This document shows positions 1 through 12,790 of a stretch of 64,000 nucleotides of DNA, in pieces. Under the pieces are notes generated by a model that was given only the letters and a program-made list of their open reading frames with translations, was not told where the DNA came from and made no database searches. Position 1 is the stretch's first letter. The number at the start of each line of letters is the position of its first letter. This DNA is from Paecilomyces variotii (Eukaryota): NCBI GenBank assembly GCA_004022145.1, contig RCNU01000004.1; one strand, given 5' to 3'. The position numbers and the translations under genes were made by a program.

Positions 1-332
1 CCATTTTTTCTTCTCACTCCAGTTCATAGGATTCTCAGGATCATCGTCACCATCCCACCATACTGTGTTCTCATCTTGTACTTGCTTCGTATGCTCGCTC
101 ACAGGAGATTCTTTGTGTTTGGGGCTAGCATTTCCAGTTTCGATATCCTTCTCTTCTTCCTCGGCTATGGAAATGTCTGAATATCCTAAGGTCGATCTGC
201 TCTCTGTTGGCGCATTCTCCAGCACAACATGGTTCGCATTTGGAGTTTCCGCGGTTTCTTCCCTGAGTCTAGGTCAGCACGACATGCGTGAGGGGTGTGT
301 TGACTCAGAGTATCTACTTACTGAGTGAACAT
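1..332 (-). CDS. MFS transporter (DHA1-like), 5' part only; runs off the left edge
   Basis: Not in the ORF track. ATG at 332, 11-nt exon (332-322), intron 321-269 (GTAAGT...CTGAC...TAG), then an open frame to base 1 reading ...TVWWDGDDDPENPMNWSEKKKW, the 'WDGxDDPENPxNW' N-terminal motif of fungal DHA1 MFS transporters. Confidence 0.85.
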
Positions 333-1688
333 GACCTTTTTCCTTTCAGAGAGACGAAAGGACTGCATATTTGGGATTCCGTGCCTTATCCTATTTCTAT
401 CTCGGTTCTAAGAGGCCTGCTGTAAAATTGGCTTCAGAAGGCTTCAAGTCGGTGAGGGCTGGCTTAATGTCCAACAGCGCTTTATGGGAAATGGTCGACA
501 ACAACAAGAGTTTGATAAAACGAGAGGACACCAGTTCAGACCGGAAGGATAACTTGAGAATCTTGAGATTTCTTTGTCGAGCGGGCTACGACCTTTTATC
601 AAGATCCATGATGGGAAGCCACTGAAGGATAGTGCGGCCGTGTTTAAGAGGCCTCGGGGGAGGAGCCTCACATCGTATGTCCGGACCAACAATCAGTAGA
701 GTGGGAGTTGTTAATACCCAGGAAAGCCCGAGGTGAGATTCCTTTGTGGCGCATTTTGTGGAAGAAAATAGGGCCCTCGTAGTTCAGAACTCGCGCCGTC
801 GCGTAATAATCATCCCATAAGATAATCAACAATGCGATTCTCGACGTATCCTTAAGGTTAATTTAAACTGTTCTTGGTCATAAATTGTACAGGGAAACGT
901 GTTAATAGATGCTTTATGCAGAAAAGCACGCCTTGGACAGACGCTAGAAAATGCACACCGGCCTACAGGAAGCTCTCTCTGCGGACTGATAAGCCAGAGC
1001 GAGGTCAGGATTATGCGGGGATTCAGCCCAAGCCTCAGAATCAGAAACCTGCCTCCTCAAAGAACAAATCAAAAGTGACGCTTGGTCCTTGTTCTCCGGG
1101 AAATCGGCATTTTGGTGGTGTGCTTGAGTGCTTTCTCTCTGGGTGCTCCAAAGAAATGATTTTCAGGTTTATAACGGCATGGCGGTTTTAACCTGGTCAT
1201 TTTTCTTTGATGCGGCTGACTGCTTATGTTATTGAAATATTGCCCTGGTCATCAAATCAAAGAATCAGCACATCATTAGTACTTATGCAAATGGCTATTG
1301 AGGAGATTCGGCCGATGAAGTTGAGTCCGACCCCGCCTCCGCTCCTCGGCTGGGGATTACTTACTTACTTGGCCACAATGCTTAACTTGAAAGCAATAAA
1401 GACAAAGCATCACCACGCCTCAAACCGCTACTAATTCGTGATCAAGAACACAAAGGGAAAAATAGTAGAAAAACTACTACAGATTAGTTTTTTGATAAAT
1501 CATCTCAGAAGAACAGTGTCTTTTTTCAGATGCAACGGATCTTTTCGTTTCCTATACGAGTTTCGCCATTGCAGATATCGCACACAAGCCGCAGCATAAT
1601 CATACAGGCATAGTCTTGGTGGAAACGAAAGCATAGGTCATGCTATCTCCATCATCACCCCAGTGTCAAACGATTCGGATCATCCATT

Positions 1689-2075
1689 TTACCATCCACC
1701 AAAGCCGGCGCTGGCATTGTCACTGCCGTTGCCGCTGCCATTCTCCGTACCGTAGTCACCACCCTCGTTGCCGTTGTCACCCTCATCACCGCCGAGGAAG
1801 ATAGGTCCGATGCCACCATCGGTTTGCTTTCCAGAGTCCTGGCTGGGGCTTCCCGGAGCGACAGGCTTGACTGATCCTGCTCCGTCGGGGAATTCGCGCG
1901 CAGCCATCTGAGAGCCCTCCTTCATCTATAAGACGTTAGCTACTATCCACCGTGGAGGACGATTCAATATCGTAGATATAGGCTCAATCGCTTTACGTAC
2001 CATTGAAGGGTTGGAGATGGCAGCCGCGAAGGAAAGGGCCGCGAAGGCGAGAGGAGCAAAGACCTTGAAGAGCAT
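1689..2075 (-). CDS. Small secreted Gly/Asp/Asn-rich protein (about 103 aa)
   Basis: Exon 1 2075-2001 encodes MLFKVFAPLAFAALSFAAAISNPSM (signal-peptide-like). Phase-0 intron 2000-1926 (GTACGT...GCTAAC...TAG) joins it to ORF 1925-1689. Confidence 0.8.
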
Positions 2076-3009
2076 TTTGTAGAAGTTGTAAAATTTAAAG
2101 TCTTAGATGACAATTTTGTTATTTGTATGAGGTGATTGTTTGAGTGGATGATTGTGTTTCTCGACGGTATACATGGACGAATTTATATCCCGTCGAGTGC
2201 CCTCTCTGACTGCAAACAACGAGCGCAAATCCCGTCATGAAAGCAGAGGAGCTGATTGCATTCTCAACGAGCTATACTGGCATGTGCTATCCAGCACTGT
2301 CATGTTGCAAAGCATGGGATGGATGAAAATCAATTGCCCGATAAATCCCCTGCGTACTGCAAGCCAAGATCCCTCTGTAGTAGCAACGGGTACAATACGA
2401 TGTAGAGTACGCATGGGGGTAGGTATTTTTTGTTTCCACATTATTATTCTTATTCTTAGGACAATCTTTTCCAGAGATGTGTTTCATACTACATCGGAGG
2501 TATGTATCGTGATCATTGGCCCTTACCGATCTGTAGATGATCGCCAAGCTGGCCAGTGATGAGTTTCCGATGCAAAATAAATACATACCTTGACATTCCA
2601 AAGAGGACTAGATGTGTGGAGGGATCTACGATTCAGCTGTCTATTTATGGTTCAATGAATGCGGATTGGTGGCAGAATATTTGATTTTGTTTTGCTGGCT
2701 GGCTGGGAAGTGGTTGGGGGAAGTACTTATCCCTTGATCGACCTTGCGCCGTGGAGCAAACCCGTTAATCCCTCCAGATTCCGATACGACATTATTATGT
2801 CTATGGTACAATTTATGCTACATTCTGGCTAGGTATCTAGTTGTGGTACACAATCCCCCTATTATTGTTGCTGATTCTTCACGAATCGCGTGACTATCTT
2901 GAATCTTCTATATAATATCCAGTACTAACTAGTATTAATGCTCTCCGGAACCTTTCCGATAATGATATCTTATAGAGTAAACGGTTGGTAGATCTTTCTC
3001 AGATTGTCC

Positions 3010-4745
3010 TCAAAGTGGATAAAGAAAGTACTTGTTTTCCAGATCCGTCAGATCCAATAGAGAAACTTCTGCTTCTACCTCGACTGCACGTCCACTTTCG
3101 TCCAGCTGTTCCACAATCCCAGTCGCATGCCTGCCCAGAGCGTCTTGTTCAGCGATCCAAACTCGACGTTCCTCATTGCGACGCGCTAAGGTCCATCTGA
3201 TAATAAGCAGGATGATAGGTGCGCCAACCCAGCTGATCACGATCTGTACGATCCACGCGGCATAATACCGCGGTGCATCGTGAGCAACCCAGATCTGTGG
3301 CCCGACTAGATTCGCGATCCCATATCCTGCCATAAACAGTACATTTCGCGTTAGTTTCTTCGTGTAACCTGCCGCGCTGGACGTCGTCCATCCAAGGGCC
3401 GTAATATACGTTACGCCGTAGGTGGTTGCCGCAAGGGTGAGACAGGCAAGGAGACTAATCTTCTTATGCCAAGGTACTGTGACCATGCCAATCCCACCTG
3501 CTACGGCAGGAAGACACCAGAAGGTCCCCCAGTAGGCGTTATTATTTGGAAATAGTCGAAAGAGGATAGTTGCGATGATGCAGCAAACGACAGCGAAACC
3601 ACCACCTGCCACGCCCACAAGAGTGGATCCTAAGTCCGACACGCCGATATCGAGAAAGAGGAGATTCTGCTGGTAGTAGAGATTGTTCGATAGCATCAGC
3701 ATAAATGGCTGTAAGGTAAACAGCCACGATACCGGATCACGGAGGGTTTCCCAGAATTGGTACCATTTGAATTGCTTCTGTTCGATGGAACTTCTGGTCG
3801 CTTCATGGACACGCTGAGCAGCATGTACTTTCTCTTCCAGAGTAAGGAATCTAGCCTTGACGGGGTTGTCTGGATAAAAGAACCAACTATACACAGCCAG
3901 GATGAGGGTAAGTCCACCGGTGATGATCATAAAGAATTTCCAGGGTCGGATTCTGCTTGTACTGTGCAGAAGACCGTATGCGATGAAGCCGCTGGGTATT
4001 GGAGCAGCCACGCATGATATCCAGAACACGGGTTGTAACCGTCCCTGCGCGATGGGCGGGAAGAACATTCCAAGGGTAATCTCCATGGCAGGAAGAAGAC
4101 ATGCTTCGAATACACCAAGTAACAATCGGAGCACGATGAGACCGCCATAGTCCTTTGCGGTGCAGTGCAGAAAGATGATAATCGACCATATAAAAACAGT
4201 AACAGCCACAAATCGTCCTAGTGGCAAGCGCTGCATTAAATAATGTCCTGGGGCCTGCGCAATTATATAGCCTGGTATGGATATATTAGCTTCCCTTTAT
4301 TCAGTGCAATGTTTTCGAAAACTAGAAAACATAACGTAGCAGACTAACCGACATAAAAGAATGTATTCAAATTGTTATATTGCGACTTATTGATATGATT
4401 CTCGTCAAATAATCCCAGAAGCGTAGAATACGACAAGGTCGATTTATCAATCTACATGTATATATATAGTTAGCTCCCAAACATTTACTTAATCTTCCAT
4501 GGCAAGTCACTCACGAACAGCATCAAATTGATCGAAATCAACAGAGTCATAACATGAAAATATAGCTTCCATCGTAATCTCTTCTCCTTCTCCGGGGTTA
4601 ACTGTCCCACGCTACTCCCATATTCCTTGATGAATCGCAATGTGACATCTGCAGATCGTTCTGATATTGACTTAGTTTTCTCAGCTTCTGAGGCTGGGGC
4701 TGAAATAGCCACCACAGCTGCCGTTGACTTTTCGTACTCGGCCAT
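3010..4745 (-). CDS. MFS transporter, allantoate permease (DAL5/ACS)-like family
   Basis: MAEYEKST... from 4745; introns about 4514-4452 and 4351-4272; motifs [38 protein letters not shown] and C-terminal [14 protein letters not shown] typical of Dal5-family permeases. Confidence 0.9.
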
Positions 4746-4919
4746 GTCGTCCGGCGAATAAATGATCGACAGACGGCCGATGATGCGATATGACAACGAA
4801 AGAATTCAGAGAGATCTATAATTCACAATTTAGCCCTGGATAGCTACATTGACCGGCGGATGGAGAGCTGAATATGGTCTCGAGAACGCAATATATGGCG
4901 TTGGCTGCCTCACCGACGT

Positions 4920-5270
4920 TTATCTGCGAAGCGATCCCTGCAGTCTTCTAAGGCAAGAAAGTCTACGTTACACTATCTTCGTCTCGCGTGATGCGGAAAT
5001 ATGCGCTCACCAACCGCTGCCTAGATAATCTCTTTTAAGTGAACAAGAAATGATAATACTATTAGTACTGAATACCGTTCTAAAATTAAGTACATCGAAA
5101 TATGTCATTGAAAGGTAGGAAATACCCCACGGAACAAGCCATCTATGTACACAGTCCCTCCCAGCCGTCTATATCGTTGATCTCGCGTGTCGAAAAAAAA
5201 AAATACCTCAGAGTCGAAGGAAATCGTAACATGGCAGAAACTTGCTTTTTTGCGCTCGTAACACAGATAA
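4920..5270. promoter_or_regulatory. Cluster of five HGATAR (AreA-type) sites upstream of the DAL5-like permease
   Basis: TTATCT 4920, CTATCT 4973, AGATAA 5023, TGATAA 5051, AGATAA 5265. Confidence 0.4.
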
Positions 5271-5404
5271 CGCAGTATGAGTAGAAGATGGAAATTCTTG
5301 GGCCGTCTATGCATGTTCATGACAAAAGGAATAAGATGGAGAGGAAATCACAATAGGAAAAGAGCGGTCCCTTGAAGTTGAGAGTCAAGGATAGGTGTAA
5401 CGTT

Positions 5405-7124
5405 TCACTGCTTTTCGCTATCCTGGGCAGCAGGGTGCACCTCTTCTTCTGCTGCTTGCCTCTGAGCATCTGCATTGCTCTGTTCGATCTTCTTCCGTCG
5501 ATTTTTCTCGTCCACCCTTTGTCGCCATTTGGGGCCCCAAATTGTTGTCGCCCAGACGAGGAGGCCAGAGAACAGGAGGAAAAATGCACTGATAGTGCTG
5601 AACCATCCAACCCCTATTGCCTCGATTGCTGGAAGGACAACGCCAGTGCCAATGGCGGCGAAGACGTACCGAAGCATGTAGTTACCCGCGACTACCTCCG
5701 CACTTCGGCCCTTGGACTGCATTACATCCAAACAGTAGGTGTTGAGACTGGGAAAGCAGAAAAGCTGGGCGACTCCTTGCACGAACATGGCCACTACCGG
5801 GACAGGGACTCCACCCACTTCTTTCTCCACTGTCCATCCGTAGATGAGAATGCTTCCGGGAATCACAATGCAGATGAATTCCAGGCATGACTTCAGACGA
5901 TCTTCGGGAATCCGGACATTGCCACGTTTGCGAATCCACTTCCTCACGATATAGTCGGCCCAACGGCCTCCCATGAGCGTGCCCAATAAGTACCCACAAC
6001 CAGGAGCCATGTAGAAGAGACCAGATTCGATAGGGGACGTGAGATGAAAACGTGGATTCAAGACGTATCGAATCGGTGTCAGTAGAGAATATTGGTTCCA
6101 GACAAGGGCACCTGCAGCCAGACCAGCGAAGCTGAGGTTAGGATAGGAAAAGAGAAGAACCGCAACCCGAATTGGCGAGATGAGGTGCCAAATTGCCTGC
6201 GTCTTCTGTGGCACTGAAAGCCCTGCAAGCTTGCCGCAGGTCTTGTATGGGATAGTTTCCGTGATGAATAGAACGACGAGGACGGTAGCCAATCCTCCTA
6301 GGGCTGACTGGAGCCAGAAGATAACCCTCCAAGATCGGAAAGTAACTATGACTCCCTACATTAAAGTTAGGTAACATCTTGATGTAATGGGGATACAAGC
6401 ATACTCCAATGAAAGGGCCTATTGCAGGTCCGATAAGGGTTCCTGAAAGAAACCAGCCCAGCGCAGTTGCTCTATCTGCAGGCGCATATATGTCCCCGAT
6501 AGCTGAGCTACCTACAACCAAGAATGATGTTCCTTGGAAGGCAGTGAGCACCCGAAATATATAGTAGGACGCCAAGTTCGGAGATAGCGCTGTGCCTATG
6601 CTAAACGCAAAGAATAGAAACGCACTGGCAATGCAGATCTAACACAATATGAGCTTTATTGAGTAACCACACCCAAGCACAGATGGAGAACTCACAGGAC
6701 GACGGCCCCAAACTTGACTCAGTGGACCCCAAAACATAGCTGCCATACCCATAAAAACCATGTATAAGGCATTGCTGGCATTGATCACACTCCCCGTCGT
6801 ATTGAAGGTGCTGGCAACTTCAGGAACTGCAGACAGAATCGAAGTCGAAGAGACAGGAGCCAGAAATGAACAAAAGGAAAGAATAGCGACAATTCCTATC
6901 TTCCGTGCTCGCGAGAAGCGTGTGTACTGATCAGCGTTAGGTTCGATATAGTCATTCGTCACTGCATGCATGTCCTGATGGGACATGCAACTCTGAACAA
7001 GGTCCAGCGGATCGGCTGCGTGGGATGCAGACAGAGTCTGAGCTTTTTCGATATCTTCCCCGATCATGTCTTCGTTTAGGGACGATGCCATTGTGATCGA
7101 GTGCCGTGGAGATTCGGATTCCAT
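5405..7124 (-). CDS. MFS multidrug transporter (DHA1, QDR-like)
   Basis: Three ORF pieces joined by introns 6695-6639 and 6404-6356; motifs WGPLSQVWGRRP, IGDIYAPADRATA, GPAIGPFIGG, PEDRL. The start could alternatively be ATG 7172. Confidence 0.9.
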
Positions 7125-9146
7125 ATCGACTCCGGATGCTCTCAGATCTGAAACGGGATATGAACAATTCATGTAATCGGCTACTTCGAACGCTTATGCT
7201 AGTTGCCAGATTGAAAAGAAAGTAGGAGAAAAAAAAAAGATTATATTCGAATCAATGCCGGAAGATATGTGGACATGCACATAACGATTGAATGGAAATA
7301 GCAATTGAAGTCTTTCCGCGGACACTCCTGTCACTGATGCTGACCAGATAATATAGTGAAGATTCCTTTCAAAGATAAGACGGGAACCTGCTTAATATAT
7401 ACAGCAAAGTGAATGAAAAGGTGAGTCAAAGTGACGGTGAAGGATAAGGGTTCCCATGCATAGGGACCTGGACCGATTTAACTATGGGAATCCGGCCCGA
7501 CTAGGAAAACCCCGAAGATCGGCAACTGGGAAAGCTGTCAATTGATTTTGACAGCTGATAGGGCCGAATCGAGAATTAACGAAGTATTTTTTGGCAGTTG
7601 TGCCTACTTTAGCCGATCGGCGATCCATTTCTAGCTGCAGAGATACAGCGCCGTCGCCACGGTAGATATGGGTCGGAAAAAGCCCGACCACGTATATTGA
7701 GGTCCTTGCAATGTCCATATTTGCATACCTTTGCTTCGTAGTTGGTCTTCACCGCCAGAGCAATCTCTGCGTCCTTTAGGTGCTCATGGAAATAAGATGA
7801 AATATCTCCTTGAGGTGATAGCCCGAGTATCAGCTCGTGAACATATCGTTTTGAAGGTCGCGTGTTCTGCCGCTGTTTATGTTTCTTCAGCGGGAAACGA
7901 AGTAAAGCACCGGGTATTCTGGCGGATAAATATCCGTGACATGTCTTGGCACGGCCTTTTCCTCCATCTACGGTTATCTTCATGATACACACTCGGTTGA
8001 TTTTCTATAATCCGTCTGGATCACAACGGAAGTCCACAGAGCAGGTTGAAGCCATGTGGAAACCCATGGATTAGCGCGCTGCTAGGTAGTATGGCTGTGT
8101 TTTTTAGGTAAGTACGCTGGTATGGTTTCAGGGTTTCCCTGGCTGTAGGATACAAGTGGAAAACTAAGAGTCCCTTTTGCGGATATTGATATGAGTCTTG
8201 GACGGATCAAAATCCGTCATGGCACCGTTCAACTGTTGGACTTTATACCTATTGTCCTTGTTAAAGCTGTTCTAGTTGCCTCGAAAGCACAAATCCATGG
8301 GTTGGGTTCGAGCAATTTTTTTTACTGAAACGCATTCAGTCTATCCCCATCCCCATCCGTAAAGTGCGATAATTGACGTTTCGATGATGATGATAATGAT
8401 AATGCTCTTGTCCCTCGTCCAACTGCTTTTTCTGCCAGTGCAGGAGGGATCCATTCGTGGGCCGCTTAAATGCACTGTGATAAGTGGACGGCGGGGTCCG
8501 AATATCAAAGTTCATATAGAACAGACTTGCAGGAAGAGTATAAAATATAGAATATTATGCGATCACCACCAGTAATATCCGACCCAGGAATAATTGTATT
8601 GCACCCCCAAGACTGCCCCAGACGGGGCTAGTTCCATATCCAGTTCATCTTGATATTATTATTACTGGAATCATAAATAGCCAAAAGAGAAGAGAGCCTA
8701 GTAAGAATATAAGAGGGGGTTAATAGGTAGTCGTGAGGTAGAGATGTTATACCGGTGTTGACATGGCGAGTAAAGACCGAATCATATGACGCCATCTGTA
8801 TCCAATGGAATTGGTGGTTGAACACGGTCACAGAATTGACCATAAATTAATCACACTGACGCCTGAGTGTTGTTGGTATAGAGACAGGCCTTTTCGACTT
8901 TCCAGTGTCTGTTGCCATGTAGCAGGATTAAGTAGAAGAGCATTGAGCATAGCATGTATGCTAGATAAATATCGATCTTGTCTCTCTCGACGAATCAACG
9001 TGTTCGACGTTGTCGTACGACATTTACTTTGGAGCATACCATTGATCCGACAGAAGCTGTCTCTATTATCATTCGCCATTGTCCAGTTCCGACATCGCAA
9101 GTCTGATCTCAGAACTCTAGACTACCATACACGAAAGGTGCACATG

Positions 9147-9169
9147 ACATCAACATCAACATCAACATC
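9147..9169. repeat. (ACATCA)n hexamer microsatellite, about 4 units
   Basis: ACATCA x3 plus ACATC read directly. Confidence 0.7.
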
Positions 9170-9600
9170 GACCGCCGCCAAAAAGCACTCGACCATCCCC
9201 AGGTTCGAAGTCGAGTGGCAGCAATAATACCATAATAATCACTTGGGCTCCTCGATTGCCTCCTGGGCTGCAATGCCAACTCGACTATCCCTTTAGATCG
9301 TGTGAGCACGGGCGGGGTTGAGGCCAGCGCCGACTTAGCCAAACATCGCTGCTGGATGATCGCCAACGGATGACGCAAACGGTCACTCCTGGCGGGCTCC
9401 ACCAAACCTTCGAAACGACATTTGAGATCTTTTTTCGAAGATCTCCAAGCCAAATATTATTATTATTATTGACTGTGTCTGTCCGGCCGCTTGGGTCTCC
9501 GTAGATTACTTTGGATACTTCAGCACTGAAGAGGACACGCTTCACTGGTCTCCTTGTTTGTTAGTTACTCCGTTGGTGTCCACAGAGGAAAATCAAAAAA

Positions 9601-11040
9601 ATGTCGTCGAGCAACGATGTACCTGCTCATATCCCTGCCTCGAGCAAGGGCTCGTGGACGAGCTTCCTGAAGGTGAATATATCGGATATCCTCTTACACT
9701 CCAGGTCCGTAAAGCTGTGAGACAACTGCTGACTTCAGTTTTCTACCAGTCGATTGCCTCCTTCAGCGGAGATCTCTCATCCCTGACCGCTCCCCCCTTC
9801 ATCCTCTCCTCAACCTCCCTGGTCGAATACTCCGCATACTGGGCCGAACAACCGGAGCTGTTTGTCGCCCCGGCGAAGGAAGCGGATCCAGAGAAGAGAG
9901 CTTTGTTGGTTCTCAAGTGGTTCCTCAGTACCCTCCACCAGCAATACTGCAGTCGCAGTGAGAAACTAGGCAGCGAGAAGAAGCCCCTGAACCCCTTCCT
10001 AGGGGAGTTGTTTATTGGGAAATGGGAAGACAACGGTGAAGTCGGCGAAACAGCTCTGATCAGCGAACAGGTCAGGTACGGGAAAGCACGTTACGCTTAG
10101 GAGATAGCCGGGTACTGATCCTGCACAGCCATCACCCGCCAGCGACAGCCTACGCCATCCTTAACGAGAAGCACGGCGTTGAGGTAAGGTTCTTCTTGAC
10201 AAGCTATCAGAGCAATGTGCTAATGCTGTCCTTCCATAGCTGCAAGGTTACAATGCCCAGAAGGCTTCGTTTTCAAGCTCTATCCAGGTGAAGCAGCTGG
10301 GTCACGCCCTTCTGACGGTTACCCCACCTGGCGTAGACAAGGACGATGCGGCCGCGAAGGACACATACCTTATCACGCTTCCCAGTCTGCACATCGAGTC
10401 TCTGATCTACGGAACGCCGTTTGTCGAATTGGACAGATCTACACGTATCGCCAGTTCAACGGGATACGTCGCGAAGATTGACTACTCCGGTAAGGGCTGG
10501 CTGGGCGGAAAGAAGAACAGCTTCTCTGCCATTCTGTACAAGGAGAGCGAGGGAGAGAAGAATCCACTCTACACTGCTGAGGGACAGTGGTCCGGTACTT
10601 TTGTCATCAAGGACTGCCAGGCCAAGAAGGAGGTCGACAAGTACACCGTCGGCGAGCAGAAGACGACGCCATTGAAGGTGGCCGCCATCTCCGACCAGGA
10701 CCTATACGAGAGTCGAAGGGCGTGGCAGGATGTCGCCTCCGCCATTGAACGCGGGGACATGGAGGCCACTTCCGTGGCGAAGTCGAAGATCGAAAACGCC
10801 CAACGTGAGCTGCGCAAGATCGAGAAGGAAGAAGGAAGGGAATGGGAACGGCGATTCTTCAATCGGATTGATGTGAACGACGATAAGATGTTCTTGAAGC
10901 TTGCCAATGTGCTGGGCATTACCGACTGCATCGACGCCGACAAGACAGGCGGTGTGTGGCGATTCGACAAGGAGCGAGCGAAGGATGCCAAGTCGCCATA
11001 CCACAAAGAAAGCGGTCGAGGTTTAGGATTGGCCAACTAA
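9601..11040 (+). CDS. Oxysterol-binding protein, Kes1/Osh4 family
   Basis: ATG 9601 MSSSNDV...SWTSFLK; introns about 9673-9749, 10076-10128, 10184-10239; motifs [30 protein letters not shown] and the OSBP signature EQVSHHPP split by intron 2. Confidence 0.95.
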
Positions 11041-12790
11041 TGAAGTGGTGAATACACTATCTTCCCCATTCGAAGGAAAGATCTGGAGTCATGTCTTGCA
11101 TCAAAGGATATATTTTCTACATAGAATTCGGGTTTGGATTTCCTTTTCTATGTCCCGCAGATACCTACACGGACGGGCTGTTATTTACCTGCCTTCTTCT
11201 GACTGCGAAATTGTCGCAATCTATGTATATAGTCCGAATTAGCAATAGCGGTCTTGGATCATAGCCATGTTCAGCGTCAAATCTCATCACTTGAAATGGA
11301 CTAACTCATCTTGTTCTGGGCGTGGTTTCGATGAGATATATAACTGTCATACTTGAAACGAGTGTAAATGCCATACTCAACGTCTGACATGCTTCACGAA
11401 GCATGTATATAATTCAAGTCATAAGCATCCAGTAAATATCGTCCGGATACTCTGGACTCAGACCAGATCACACATCTCGCGCTTGAAACTCTCAAGACCA
11501 CCCACTAGTCAGATTCCATAACCCCTCATTGGAACAAAAGAACTACACAATCTCCCATCGACAAACCCAAGTCCAATAAATACTTTATCTACACATCCTT
11601 TCCGCCTTCCTTCCTCTTATCCATTCACTGCAGGAACACACCCAATCCCTTGGGAGGAGGTGGAAAAAGAAACCCGCTAACTTGGAAGTCAGCAGCGGCA
11701 AACCAGCCACTTACTGTAAGCGACAGCACCCATAGTAGTGCAAGAATGAATACAGTTAAAGCTAAGGTCTACACTTTCTTATAAACTTGATCCGTGCTTT
11801 TTTGCCACCCTCGCTAGATAGCGATAGTTGAAGACCTGTATTCTATGGTGAAGATGTGAGTGGATGACACGTTTGCTCGATGATGACTTTGGGAGGAATC
11901 AGGATGCTCAAGGAAGGGGGTTTGAAAGGTAGATACCAGGGGACAAAAAGCACACGACAACTCACAAATTGAGGTCGAATGGGGATTTTTGTTTGGCTTG
12001 GTAGAAATCAAAGCGGTGATAGTTCGATGGGCGGAGTTGGTCGTTGGAACAAAGGGAGCTTTTTCCATTATTGTCGATTCGCAGTTAGTATTTCCGCATT
12101 TGGGTTTTGGGGCATTGATTTGATAACAGTACAGATAGGCAACGTCATGACCAGTTCATTTCATTCAAGCTCATATACTAAATTTACAAGTGGGCCACTA
12201 TCTTTGTGCCCTTTTCTTTCTTTTCCCATTCCTCTCGGTTCTAACCCTGTACGCCTTTGAAAAGTCGACGGGCTTGTAGACCGAGCAAGGCATAAGACAG
12301 TAAAAATAGAAAAAGAAAAGCAGCTTATCGAGAAAATTTCAGCGTCGGTCAATCAAATGACTTCTTGATTGAGTCTTGCATAGGTAGGCGAGCGTGAATC
12401 AGCCACGCCTTTCCCAATTTTCATCCTAATCTCATCCGTCGTCGATCCCATGGAAGACGAAACTAAATGATACAGGAAACTTGAAGAAAGCTTTGTAGAA
12501 CAGACAAGAACAGCAAGAAAAAAAAAAAAAAGACAAAGAGTCATGGAGGCGACACATTAGCGAGATTGAGACATAAAGCAATAAAGCATGGTCAAGTGGC
12601 TAAATTTTTTTCTTCCGGTTGCGGGCCACATCAATCATAAACCCAGAGCAATAAAATCAAAACGAAAAGCCAGCCAGGCTCCCACAAGAGAGAAGAGATT
12701 ACACATTTGAGAAGAAACCCAAACGCTCTTCAGGCTTTTCGCCATTGAAAAGAGCTCTCATCACCACAATGCAATGCAACGCCGTGACCC

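Noticed and set aside
7482..9545. Short ORFs (7609-7992, 8805-9227, 9109-9453 and others) as genes or pseudogenes
   Set aside because: No recognisable motifs, mostly non-ATG starts and no coherent exon structure; consistent with divergent promoter sequence.
11628..11714. Minus-strand intron-like signals (GTAAGT...GCTGAC...AG) in the 1.75-kb gap downstream of def1, suggesting a spliced 3' UTR or ncRNA
   Set aside because: Branch-to-acceptor spacing is poor for either candidate AG and no ncRNA boxes are recognisable; it needs transcript data.
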